In this document: positions 11,091-23,685 of the stretch, piece after piece
Position numbering within the stretch: position 1 is the first letter of the stretch
Layout of the letters: the number at the start of each line of letters is the position of its first letter
Source: Octopus sinensis
Taxonomy: Eukaryota
Reading direction: 5' to 3'
Assembly (NCBI RefSeq): GCF_006345805.1
Contig: NC_043003.1
Location: 105,090,001 to 105,154,000 of the forward strand
DNA length: 64,000 nt
The notes under the pieces: model-generated
The model's input: the letters and a program-made list of their open reading frames with translations, nothing else
The model's database searches: none
Told to the model about the DNA's origin: nothing
Program-made: the position numbers and the translations under genes

Positions 11091-12099
11091 GTGTGTGTGT
11101 TTGTGTTTATATACGCACACACCTTCCAGCATACATATAAACATACGTGCATACCTAAATACATTTGCATGCTTGGGCGTGGCCAGGATTTCAACGAAGG
11201 GGTCTCATTAAAATGGATCCACCATTAGCCATCTGATTTTCGTTTGTATGTAGATTAATGTGTGCGTGTGTGTATGTCTCTCTGTAAGTATGTGTGTATG
11301 TATAAATTTGTGTGGGGGTGTGTATGCATATAATTGTGTGTGTGTGTGTGTTTAATCATACGTCGCTCGTTGGTGTATTCGTCCGAACTTGTCGACCCCA
11401 CCCTGGTTACGGGTGTGTGTAAATGTGTTATTGCTTATAGTGTGTGTTATTTCTTTATATTCCGTAAATGTAGTAATCCAGCAAATAAAGACGAGAATAT
11501 ACGCCACCAGAGTGAAATAAGTAGTGATATGATCCACTAAATACCTATGAGGACAGTGCCCCAGTATGGCCGCAGTCCAATGACACGCGAACCGGCAAAG
11601 GAATACATTATCCACAGATAGTATCCTACACTAAACACACACGGATGAGTCTCTCTCCTCGGTTAATCAAGTATTTAACGGCTGTATTCCCTGACACCAA
11701 CTGAACACACACTCAAAGCAGATACCACGCAGCAAAACAATTAATTGTTTGATATGAGTAAAAACATGAAGGAAATATTAAACACGCTCTCACGGATACA
11801 GAGAAAATATTAGGAAAGACTGCCAGAAAGAAAGCAAGGAAGAACGAAAGGAGAAAAGGGTTTGTTTAAACAAAAAGCCTGTCACTTATTTCACGCACAT
11901 GTACACATGAAGGCAACTGCACCATCATAAATACAGATGCACTTCTTGATATGAGAATAATAATAAAGATAAATATAATTTTCAGTATGCAATGTGGTAG
12001 AGTAATTAAAATGTACATCAGTAAAAAGAAAATACAAAGAAAAACATCCACTCAGGTTTAATAACAAGATTGAAACACTTTTGAGAGTGATATATTAAT

Positions 12100-12710
12100 G
12101 ACAAAATGAGATAAAGTGAGTGAGTGAGTGAGTGAGTGAGAGGGAAAAAGATCGAGAGAGGAGGGGGTGAGAGTGGACAGTAGAAGAGTGGAAGAGAACA
12201 TAAATATATTAGTTCAAAGAGAGTAAGTGAAAGATGAAAGTGAAGAGGAAAGTATACGAATGTGGGTGTGTGATTACTAATTAGAGGGAAAGTAAATGAG
12301 TGGCAGTTGGAAAGTACTAATGAGCATGACAATTAGATAGGCAGAAAGTATGAGAGTAAGCTTGATAGAGAGACAGTTGGACGTGAGTGAGGATTTAAAT
12401 GACAGAGGTAGATACTGTATGAGGGAGTGACGGAGTGTTTACTTCCTTAAGTGACAGAGTGCGAGTGAGAGAGTGAGTAAGAGCTTCAGTGATAGAGAGG
12501 GTGATAGTGAGTGAATGGAAGATTGCTAAATAGAAAGTGGGGGGTGAGGGAGACTGTATGTATGAGTGAGTGAAAGGTAGCTAGAGAGAGACAGAGAGTG
12601 AGAGGAGGAAGAGTGTATGTGTATGAGTGAGTGAGCAAGTGAGTGAAAGGTAACTAGATACAGAGAGAGGGGGAGTGTGTGTACGAGTGAGTGAGTTGGC
12701 AGACGACAAT
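12100..12710. repeat. Purine-rich (GA/GAGT) low-complexity tract
   Basis: GAGTGAGTGAGT and GAGAGAG runs. Confidence 0.75.
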
Positions 12711-14148
12711 TTGGGAAAGCCAAGCTAACCAAAAGCATAAAATCGAATTGAAAAAAAAATAATTTCAGTAAATGAAGAATATATTTCATCAAAGATGGTA
12801 GTTTTCTTTATCTGAGGTAATTATCTACTACTTCTATTAAAAAAAAGAAGACATTTAATGATAGTAAACAGCTTCCAAAAGACGAAAGACGAAAGACATA
12901 ACGTGATTTATTTTTAAGAAATAGTAGCAGGAAACATTGTGTCGTGTTCCAAGGTAGCCGAGTGGCTGCTAAAATGAACAAAAAACATCACAAAACCTTT
13001 GCACTTTTTATTTATATACTCATTATTATTATTATTTATTATTACTGCTGTAATATTTATTCTGTAGCTGTAGATATATATATCAATACCTGCAGCAGCT
13101 CAATGCAACAACTTCTACCAACTTGTACCATTACCTTTATTGATTCTGATAATTATTGTTGTGTATGTGTGTGTGTGTGTGTGTGATACAGAAGCCGGTT
13201 ATTATAATCTCAGATACCTTTATTGTTTCTGATATAATTATTGCTGTGTGCGTGAGTATATGTGTGTGTGTTAGTCTGTGCTTTTGTGTATTATGTTTGC
13301 GTGTGTGTCTGTGTGTGTGAATTATACGGTCATAATCTCGGATAATGTTATCAACCTGATATTGTTATCTTAATTAGTGTCAGAAACTATTCGCTCAATG
13401 TTATCACCAGCCCCTTATTTATGGGCTGGTGATAACAGTAATACAGAGGAACCTGAATATAATTTCGGATAATGGTATCAACCGGATATTGTTATCGAAA
13501 TTAGCGGGGTCAGAAACTATTCACTTAATGTTATCGGCAGCTGGATATTGCTATCGAAAAGTCTTCGTTCCAAAGTGATCACAGTTAGAAGCTCACACAG
13601 TACGTATATACATATAAAATGTATGTATGTATGTATGTGTATGCGTATATTATGTTACACACAATGATTGTGGTATGTACACTTCCCTCGCTGGTTCACT
13701 CGAACGCAAAATATACACACATATAAATATATATACATCTACCTATCTGTCACCTGTGTGTGTAGGTGATCGTCAGCATGTCCTTAGCTATAAGGAAACA
13801 CACTGATAGCCATAATATATACGTGACTTGATCAACGATGAAAGGATACAAAGACATTTTATGCCTGACACCCAGCCAGGTGTTTAGGATTCGAATCAAC
13901 ATTCATTCACACACACACACACGCTTACCTACACTAACACATACATACATACATACATACAACGTACACATGTATATACATTATAGTAAATATATATATA
14001 TATATATATATATCCGCACACACACATACTCATACACACACACACATATATATATATGCTACAATGTATATATAATTTTCCTACTTATCCTATTCTCATA
14101 GTCGTCGTTTCTAGATTTTATTTTGATGTGATTCAATCATGTGTGTAG

Positions 14149-14151
<3 letters not shown>

Positions 14152-14207
<56 letters not shown>

Positions 14208-14276
14208 GTCTATATATCTGTCTATCTATCTATCCATCTATATATATATCTGTCTATATATCTGTCTATCTATCTA

Positions 14277-14327
<51 letters not shown>

Positions 14328-14342
14328 CTGTCTATATATCTG

Positions 14343-14434
<92 letters not shown>

Positions 14435-14515
14435 ATATATCTGTCTATATATCTGTCTATCTATCTATCCATCTATATATATATCTGTCTATATATCTGT
14501 CTATCTATCTATCCA

Positions 14516-14558
<43 letters not shown>

Positions 14559-14573
14559 CTGTCTATATATCTG

Positions 14574-14622
<49 letters not shown>

Positions 14623-14633
14623 ATATCTATCTA

Positions 14634-14684
<51 letters not shown>

Positions 14685-14777
14685 ATATATATATATATCT
14701 AGATATCTATCTAGATATATAGACAGATATATATATATATATAGATTGATAGATAGACAGACGACAGATAGACAGAC

Positions 14778-14830
<53 letters not shown>
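14152..14830. repeat. Compound (TCTA)n/(TC)n/(TA)n array switching to (TAGA)n near 14700
   Basis: Direct reading. Confidence 0.95.
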
Positions 14831-14850
<20 letters not shown>

Positions 14851-15008
14851 TTGGCCTCTTATTTTATTCTGTTACACTTAAACCTGTATGTATATATATT
14901 ATTAACATATCTCATTATATATACCTGTTTATTTTCTACAAAGGGACAGATGTAGTAGCAGCGATTAAAGGATTTACCTTTTTTTTTAAATCCGGTCACA
15001 CTTGACAG

Positions 15009-15068
15009 AGGATCTACTTAACCAAATCATGAACAAGTGCAATAAATGTGGAAAACCAGTTTATTTTG
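15009..15068 (+). CDS. Exon encoding the N-terminal start of a LIM domain (CRIP/CSRP-like), [13 protein letters not shown]; ATG at 15029
   Basis: CTTGACAG acceptor ending at 15008; AAATC-ATG context; CxxCGKxVYF as in CRIP1 MPKCPKCNKEVYFA; donor G|GTATGT at 15068/15069 (phase 1); unique sequence island between microsatellites. No next exon found. Confidence 0.55.
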
Positions 15069-15114
15069 GTATGTCACATAAATATATATCCATTGGTGTT
15101 CACTGTTTTCTTTA

Positions 15115-15125
15115 TCTGTCTATCC

Positions 15126-15197
<72 letters not shown>

Positions 15198-15254
15198 GTC
15201 TATCTGTCTGTCTATCTGTCTGTCTATCTATCTATCTATCTATCTATCTGTCTG

Positions 15255-15321
<67 letters not shown>

Positions 15322-15370
15322 GTCTATCTGTCTGTCTGTCTATCTGTCTGTCTATCTATCTATCTGTCTG

Positions 15371-15440
<70 letters not shown>

Positions 15441-15630
15441 ATCTATCTATCCATCCATCTACCTATCTATCTGTCTGTCTATCTGCCTGTCTGTCTATCT
15501 ATCCATCCATCTACCTATCTGTCTGTCTGTCTGTCTGTCTGTCTCTGTCTCTCTGTCTATATCTATCTGTCTGTCTGTCTATTTGTCTGTCTGTCTGTGT
15601 CTGTGTGTGTCTGTGTGTCTGTGTGTGTGT
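15115..15630. repeat. (TCTA)n/(TCTG)n/(TG)n compound array
   Basis: Direct reading. Confidence 0.95.
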
Positions 15631-16300
15631 CCGTATTTTTTCCAATAACCTTTATGTTTTCCATTAATTGTTTTATTTCCATGGATACTCTTCTTATCCG
15701 ATATTTATATAAAGGTGCTGGAATCACTTTACTTCTTTATTTAACACGTTTGGGGGGTGGAAAAGCATGAACACCACAAGTTCTCCGTTTGCTCTCCTAT
15801 AAATTATTAAATCTTATGTTCCATACTCATGCCAAAAAGAAAATCAATACGATGTGAATGTGTGTGTATATGAATTATGTAAGTGCATGTGTCTGGCTGG
15901 TGCATGTATATGCATGTATATCTTAGCGAATGAATGAATGAATGTGTGTGTGTGTGTGTCTTGGTGAATGTGTGAGGAAGTATAGTATGCGTGTGTGTTT
16001 ATTAACGCATCTGTACATGTATATTATAGTGAATGAGCGGGGTAGTGTGTGTTTGTGTGTGTATTTATGCATGTATATCTTCGTGTAATGTGTGTGTGTG
16101 TGTGTGAGTGTGTGTGTATTCGTATGTTTCTGGATACACGAGAGAAAAATTTAGTGTTTTTCGTAATAAATATGCATTTAATTGTGTATCAGTTTTCGTT
16201 GACCACAGAATGCTGCATTCTATCACCATACATAGCTTATGGATTATGTCAACACACACACACACGCACGCACACACACACACTCACACACACACACACA

Positions 16301-16331
<31 letters not shown>

Positions 16332-17585
16332 TACACATTCCGGTTACTTTCAACCACATTCTTTCCTCAATCGACATAGATGGAATTTACGCTTTTTTTT
16401 TTTTCCAATCGGAGAAGTGTTTTCCATAAACTTTAAATCCACTACATTATAACTAATATTTAAATTATTTTAATGGATTATCGCATAAAAAATTTGATCT
16501 TTGAAGTGGATTTAAAAAAAAAAATTAATTTAGAAGTTGGATGTAGATATTTGAGGTTATTTAGGTTGTGGAAATGGATTTGATACATCTTGGACAGTTA
16601 TGGCATTAAAAAAATTAAGTAAATAAAATAACTTTGGTCAACATTTAGATTTCCACTTAAGTGTTTGATAAGGTTTAATTATCTATAAAAGAATTGAAAC
16701 TACGTGCGCGCATAGTGTGTGTTTGTGTGTGTGTGTGTATGTGTGTGTGTGTGTGTGTTGTGTGTGTGTGTTGTGTGCGTGTGTGTGTGTGTGTTTAAGC
16801 TCTGTTATAGATGACAGGAAAATCATTTTAATTATTTGCTCAAGACCTGGAGATCTGTAAAGAGATATAGGTATAAATCGATTCAACTCCTTACTATCAC
16901 GCAACCTGCTAGAAATAGCAGCCGAATATCCATCCCCCTCGCCTCGCACGCTACTGTCTTGAAAAGAGGACAGTTGGGAATACACAATGGTAGGGAATGT
17001 GAAGAATGAAAGAAGGATGAAAACAGAAAAAGGATGCGATGCACATTGTCTGGGAAGCAAATGGTCATGGAATTGTTCCCCAACCAAGGCGAATCTGGAT
17101 CTACACAATCTGGATCCTATTCCCTTAAATCTCGACTGAGCTACTTCTAGATTTATTTTATCGACATAACTACTCAAGTGTAACCCTTGACTTTGTTTCC
17201 TCATAACTTTCTGATAAATGGATATTTTTAGATGAAATTTTCTACAAATACGTTTCAGATGTTGTACATTATGATTATGTCGGAATTTGCTTTTTAAAAT
17301 TTTTTATTGCGTGTGTGTGTATGGGGGGTGGGGGGTCGGTTATTTCACACAGCTCGTCTTTGTTTCCTCATACGTTTTGGTGATGTAGATTACAATTATA
17401 TTAAAAAATACTTTTGTTTTCTGGAATTTCTTAAACGAATATTTTTTTTTAAATGAAATTTTCCAGAGATACCGGCATAGTTCTCCCCCCTCCCCCCTCC
17501 CCCCCCCCAATTATCTGAGGTGAATTTGCTGATGTGACTGACTGTTTGGTATGCTTATAGGCTTGGAAATTTTCATTTTAAAAAT

Positions 17586-17985
17586 TACTAGCAGTATCGC
17601 CCGGCGTTGCTCGGGTTTGTTAGGGAAATAACTATATAAGCATTTTTAGAGAGTTATAGCCAAAAAATAGCAAAAAATGCATTAAAAATGGGAAAAAAAT
17701 TATGGTAAATTTTTTTTAAAATCGTTGACTCATCGTAGACATTTTTAGAGAGTTACTTCCCTTATATAATAGCGAAAAATGCATTAAAATGGGAAAAAAT
17801 GATGGTAAATTATTTTTAAAATCGTAGACTCATCGTAGACGCGCGCTAATACCCAGAAGGGATCGATATGAATCACAACTATAAGATACCCGGTTTTGGT
17901 TAAACTGCACTCAAATGTGGGAGTAGTTAGGAATCTAAATCGTAGGAGACAGACACACAACTTCACTTTTATATATAAAGAAGAT
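17586..17985 (+). mobile_element. Helentron-associated non-autonomous element (HINE/DINE-like)
   Basis: 5' TACTAG...CCCGGCGTTGCTCGGG hairpin, 3' CTTTTATATATAAAGAAGAT end, internal about 100-bp tandem duplication. Confidence 0.65.
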
Positions 17986-18194
17986 ATCCATTTTTCAGAA
18001 AGTTACGAGGAAAGAAAGACGGGGGTAAGGGGAACAGCTGTGTAGTTGTGCTGAGCAAAATAAAAATTCAATACCGGTATTTTCCCCAAACACACACCTG
18101 TCTTTGCTATTTTAATAAAGATTTCTTAAATAGTTGCAAGACGAGAAATGTGTTTGTGGGTGGGGTGTGTGTGTGTGTGTGGGGGGAATAAATT

Positions 18195-19050
18195 GATTAA
18201 ATCCACTCTAGTACTTGACTTTGTATTTTATTTTATCGACCTTCTCCCCTTGAAGTTGATCTCGATAGGATTCGAACTCAGAACGTAAAGAGCCGGAACA
18301 AATACCGCAAGGTATTTCTTCTGATGCCCTTTCGATTCTGTCAACCTACCTCTCTTTTTACTGTCTGTAGGTAATCTTTCGGTATTGGTACACGACGTCA
18401 TTCACCCACACATTCTAGGCTGAATGTGTGGGTGAATGACGTCGTCTCCTCAAACCGACAATCTGCAGACCAATATCGAAGGAACGCCTATCTTTGATTC
18501 TAACAAATTCTGATATCACAACTTCATAAATTCCATTGTGGTGGTGTTCAATAGTTGATGTCATCGATTCTGCTTCTTAACCGGTAACTTAGTATATAGA
18601 TACCTATTTCTTTACTAACCACAAGGGGCTAAACATAGAGGGGACAAACAAGGACAGACAAACGGATGAAGTCGATTACATCGACCCCCCCCCCCCAGTG
18701 CGTAACTGATACTTAGTTTATCGACCCCGAAAGGATGAAAGGTAAAGTCGACCCGGCGGAATTTGAACTCAGAATTGTATTTTCACTGTCGGTCTGATAT
18801 AAATAATATATTAATAATAACTTCATTCTTTATATCAAATAATAATGTTTTCTAACTTAAGTATAAGGCCAATAATTTTAGGGAACGGTGGCAAGTCGAT
18901 TACCTTGAATGGTAGTTTATTTTATCAACCCCGAAAAAGGTGAATGGCAAAGTTGACCTCAGCGGTATTTGAACTCAGAACGTTAATGTGTCGGAAGAAA
19001 TGTCGGTCAGTATTTTGTGCAACGTGCTAACGACTCTGCCAGCTCGGCAC
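18195..19050 (-). mobile_element. Three SINE family B copies, minus strand
   Basis: TTATCGACCCCGAAAGGATGAAAGG.AAAGTCGAC..CGGCGGAATTTGAACTCAGAA repeated near 18235, 18720 and 18925. Confidence 0.8.
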
Positions 19051-19482
19051 TTAAAAGAAAAAATGATAATGGCAAGAATTCTTTACAGAATTCTTTACAG
19101 ATTATAAAGTGTCTAAAATTATATATTCTAAATATAAAGAAATTGTCTCAAATATTCAAGATATAAAGCAAATAAAACTCATAACAGAAGTTAAATAACA
19201 CACATGAAGAATATTGAAAAACAAAACAAACAAAAACAAAACTCAAGCTTGTCTTATACAGAATATAAAGAAACGGTTTAGATAATGGCTTTACTTTCAC
19301 TTCTAGAAACAAACAGTTAGAGTGCAGCCCAAGAATTATTCCTGTGTACGTGTGGCTGTTCTTTTGGTTGGCTAATATCTCGATATTTCTACTTATTGTG
19401 TAACAGTGGTGTATCGTTGAGGGAGATTTGTCGATAAATTCTGCCAGGTCGAGCCGTCACGTCGACGCTATTCGTTCCAGGT

Positions 19483-19640
19483 TGTTGTTGTTTAACTACA
19501 GGTCAGCCTTCGTCGAGTACACATAGTAACAAAGGCATTCTAAATGTGATTCACCAGTATGGCGGCCTTCATTTTAAAGTGGTAGTATGTCATCTGAGAT
19601 TTAGCTCCTATTTCTAGCTGGTCGGGTGGCATGTAGAAGC
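19483..19640 (-). mobile_element. Short repeat family C (CTGCTAGAAATAGCAGCC...CTGACCTGGGGCTAAACAAC type), probable old SINE
   Basis: Diverged motif pieces recur near 16900, 23400, 25480, 26760, 27110, 33480, 46700 and 49795. Confidence 0.55.
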
Positions 19641-20145
19641 GTTCTCGTTGGTTCAATTTGTGTGTGTGTGTGTGTGTGTTTTACACATCGATCTATCTGT
19701 CTGTCTGTCAACTTTATCTTCATTTATCTATTGATCTTAGTGTCCATATATAGAGAGAGCACATACTTACGTACATACATAAATAAATGCACACACACAC
19801 ACACACACTCACAGTCATTAGTTTACCATTTGACATCAATAAATCGTGAAACTAAATAACCTCCGGTATCAGATAAATGAGTAAAATTATACTTTACACC
19901 ATGAATTGAGTATTTTTTTCTCGTGATCGTAATAAGCAACACGCCCTTACACACGTTTTAGTTTACTCCGCTGTAATGTACTCAATACATGTAGAGCTTA
20001 TATTTATCAAATATTAGCCGACCAAATATGCAGGAGACCAGGAACATGGTTATTGCCTACACTGAAAGACCCTGGTCAAAGTCTACTGTTATCAAAAAGA
20101 AGCTAACCGGTCATATTTATTACATTAGACCGTTAATATTCAGTG

Positions 20146-20555
20146 TCAGAAGTAAGTGTTTCTGATGACGACAATAACTAATATCTGTGATCTCTGATTA
20201 AGTAATATTTGTAGCTATTTTAATACCTGAGACTATTCAGTTAAGAATAGCCTGAACTTTCGGATTCCTTTGAAGTATAGAGTCGTTTTGCCGACGATGT
20301 TTCAGGTTATTGAGTTATGATCTAATTTCTTTATTCTAAGTTTCCAGACGAATTGGGACAAAGAAGTGGAGTTTTCTTTACACATTGATCTAAATGAGTT
20401 TAGTTATTGGTAATATCTGCCTTTGAATGTATTCACAACGTGTTCCATATAATTCCTTTTCAAACTGTCTGAGACTTTGATAGAGGGTTTTATATCAATG
20501 TTCTGGAGAGACATGATCCTCTCTATATAGGTTGTGGGTTTCTGAAGTTATCAGT
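20146..20555 (-). pseudogene. Penelope-like retroelement GIY-YIG endonuclease C-terminal relic
   Basis: Frameshifted translation GSCLSR...NTFKGRYYQ*LNSFRS...LSQFVWKLR...FLTE...LLNQRSQI...CRHQKHLLL matches the PLE pattern YIG..F..RY..H..SF...LS..IW..K...CxLCL.EK...LLN.R.E...CRH. Confidence 0.7.
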
Positions 20556-21292
20556 TGGAAACGCCAACAGATAGCCACCCTTTTTCGTGGCAGAGAAACT
20601 TCTTAACGTTTGAACTTAATCATCGGCGCCAATTTAATGGGAGCTGACTTGAATATAATACTGGATTTGAAAATAGGCACATAAAGACAGCCAAACGAGA
20701 ATAACATACATATACCCAAAAATTCCAACCACTTCGCCATAATTATAAACATTGCACCCGGAATAAGTACCTATAGATGAGAGATACTTTCATAATATAA
20801 CAGCGCTCTAGCTAGAAGTGGTTCTAATGAGGATCTAGTATACCAGCACCTCCCTACACGCACGCACAAACACACACACACACAAATCATAGAGCAAGGA
20901 AAAAGAAGCTATTTTATTGGGTTTAATCCACCGTACAATAACAATGTAGCTACCAGTGCAACCAAAAACGTTTTGACTCTAGTAGGACATTTCCCACCTA
21001 CACACAAATACAACTAACTCCAAAACACTAATAGTGTTAAGTTTAGCTTTTTCTTACTTAGATAATCTCGTTTTCCAGATTACACACCTCAACTGAAAAC
21101 ATACATTTCAACAGTCTCCACTTAAACAGCAGCTTTGAAACGGTAGAGTGTCATAATTTGTCTGTTTATAGAATATTGCTTCACCAAAGTAGTGATATAC
21201 AGAGTGTCTATAATAACCTCAGGCAGTATGAAAAGGGATTATACTGGAGTCAACGTGAATACATTCAAAGACTTATATTATTAGCGTGTAAA

Positions 21293-21692
21293 TAGGCGCA
21301 GGAGTGGCTGTGTGGTAAGTAGCTTGCTAACCAACCACATGGTTCCGGGTTCAGTCCCATTGCGTGGCATCTTGGGCAAGTGTCTTCTGCTATAGCCCCG
21401 GGCCGACCAATGCCTCAGACGGAAACTGAAAGAAGCCTGTCGTATATATGTATATATATATATATATATAGTGTGTGTGTTTGTGTGTCTGTGTTTGTCC
21501 CCCTAGCATTGCTTGACAACCGATGCTGGTGTGTTTACGTCCCCGTCACTTAGCGGTTCGGCAAAAAAGAGACCGATAGAATAAGTACTGGGCTTACAAA
21601 GAATAAGTCCCGGGGTCGATTTGCTCGACTAAAAGGCGGTGCTCCAGCATGGCCGCAGTCAAATGACTGAAACAAGTAAAAGAGTAAAGAGT
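21293..21692 (+). mobile_element. SINE family A, young full-length reference copy
   Basis: tRNA-like head with A/B-box-like motifs, CORE-like GGCATCTTGGGCAAGTGTCTT, internal (TA)n(TG)n, tail AAGTAAAAGAGTAAAGAG. Confidence 0.92.
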
Positions 21693-22162
21693 ATACATTC
21701 AGGTCAAGAGATAAGATAACATATCCAATGTCTTGTCCCATTCCGTCTGGAAACTTAGGGACCAGGGATTGAAAGGTGCCTCATAACATTGAACATGGCT
21801 ATGCAGAAAGTTCAAAATATTAAAACAACCAGCAATATTAATTGGATATTAGAGACTTTGTCTAGATGTCAACATTGGAGACAATTTCTTCTGCCTGGTT
21901 TCCATTAAGTCCCACTGAGTAGCTATCCCTAAATGAGAGTAAGTCTGGACCAGAAGCTTTTCGTTACACATAATAGTCTAACAACATTTGACTTGCTTTG
22001 ACCAATGAAATTCAACCTGGTTTGTGCCCTACCAACGTACAGTTTCATTCACCAAGTATTATATGAAAGAGAGTATTTGTACCTCTACAAGTCAGTGAAA
22101 CTCTGAGTAGCTGTGGAGTGAATTATCAGATGGTTCCCAGTACTCTGTCTGTCTTCTCTCTG

Positions 22163-22203
<41 letters not shown>

Positions 22204-22317
22204 TACACACACAAACACAAATACAGTAGTGGAAAGGATTATAATCTTGAATTATGTTAATATCGTCTCCATTTTTTGTCTGATTGTGTCGTGTGTGTTT
22301 GTTTGTTTGTGTGTGTG

Positions 22318-22361
<44 letters not shown>

Positions 22362-22823
22362 ATGTATGTATGTATGTATGTATGTATGTATGTATGTATT
22401 TGCCTGTATGTATATGCATGCAGATGAGAGTTCTTGCCTCCGATCACATCGCTGGCTCGCGTGTGATGATAAGACACGTTACAGACAGATGTATTCTGCA
22501 TTGCTCTGTACAAGAGGTTATTTTTTCTTTTATACAATTCTAGCGCGCGCGTGTGTGTGTGTGAACCACCCCCACATACCTTTATTTCCTTGCTCCTCTC
22601 TCTCTCTCTTCATATCTCCTTTTCTCTCTTTCTTGTCTTTCTCTAGACTTTCCATATGTATCCAACGAAGAACTTTGTCCGAAATGCTGTACTTTTTCTC
22701 TATAAAATCTTATTCCATAACTTTATTCCTTGTTTAAGGGTCAACTTATTAAGTGATCTACCCTTGGACTTCTGTTCTTTTCTCTATCTGTCACCTCTCT
22801 CTCTCTCTCTCTCACTCTACGTA

Positions 22824-23218
22824 TCTTTTTATTCTTTTACTTGTTTCAGTCATTTGCCTGCGCCCATGCTGGAGCACCGCCTTTAGTCGAGCAAGTCGAC
22901 CCTAAGACTTATTCTTTGTAAGCCTAGTACTTATTCTATCGAACGGGGACGTAAACATACCAGCATCGGTTGTCAAGCGATGTTGGGGGGGGGGGACAAC
23001 CTATACACACAAACTCACACACACGCACGCACACACACAGACACATATTATATACATATATACGACGGGCTTCTTTCAGTTTCCGTCAACCAAATCCACT
23101 CGCAAGGCTTTGGTCAGCCCAAGGCTATAGTAGAAGACACTTGCCCAAGGTGCAATGCAGTGGGACTGAACCCGGAACCATGTGGTTGGGAAGCAAGCTA
23201 CTTACCACACAGCTACTC
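22824..23218 (-). mobile_element. SINE family A
   Basis: Reverse complement match to the reference copy. Confidence 0.88.
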
Positions 23219-23591
23219 ATTTATAGGAGCAATCCAGAAGACATCTGCCTGCAATGTGCCTAAATCACTAACCCTGTGCTTGCGATATGATTGAAGGCAG
23301 GTGACCTCTTCATGGTGTTTTCATTCTATGCCCATGCACTTCAACGCCTGTTTGTTCAGTGATTTACTTGACGGTGAGTAGGTCTCTACGCGGGCGCTCA
23401 ATCTGCTAGAGTTAGCAGTCAAATCTCCCTCAAAACACATCCTGTTTTCTTAGAAAAATACAAGATGCTCTATACGTTTTCATAAGTGTTTGTATTCACA
23501 GACTCATGTTGTCTTTCATCATATAGCAAAGTGTAGCATGCTGACTGTTCGAAACCCGCCAAGCTGCTTCATGGGATGATAATATTCCATT

Positions 23592-23680
<89 letters not shown>

Positions 23681-23685
<5 letters not shown>

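Noticed and set aside
9878-11228. Six long ORFs of 236-438 aa (TYIH/YVCM repeats)
   Set aside because: Translations of a stop-free (ATGT)n array; not genes.
14139-15770. ORFs rich in YLSI/IYLS repeats, including the 221-aa ORF from 15002
   Set aside because: Microsatellite read-through; only the first 60 nt up to the GT donor look coding.
20161-20175. CTGATGA on the + strand as a hammerhead core
   Set aside because: No GAAA or stems follow; it is the antisense of the PLE CRHQK codons.
21293-21365. tRNA-like sequence with A/B boxes (also 30860-30930)
   Set aside because: SINE heads continuing into CORE-like bodies; no complete cloverleaf.
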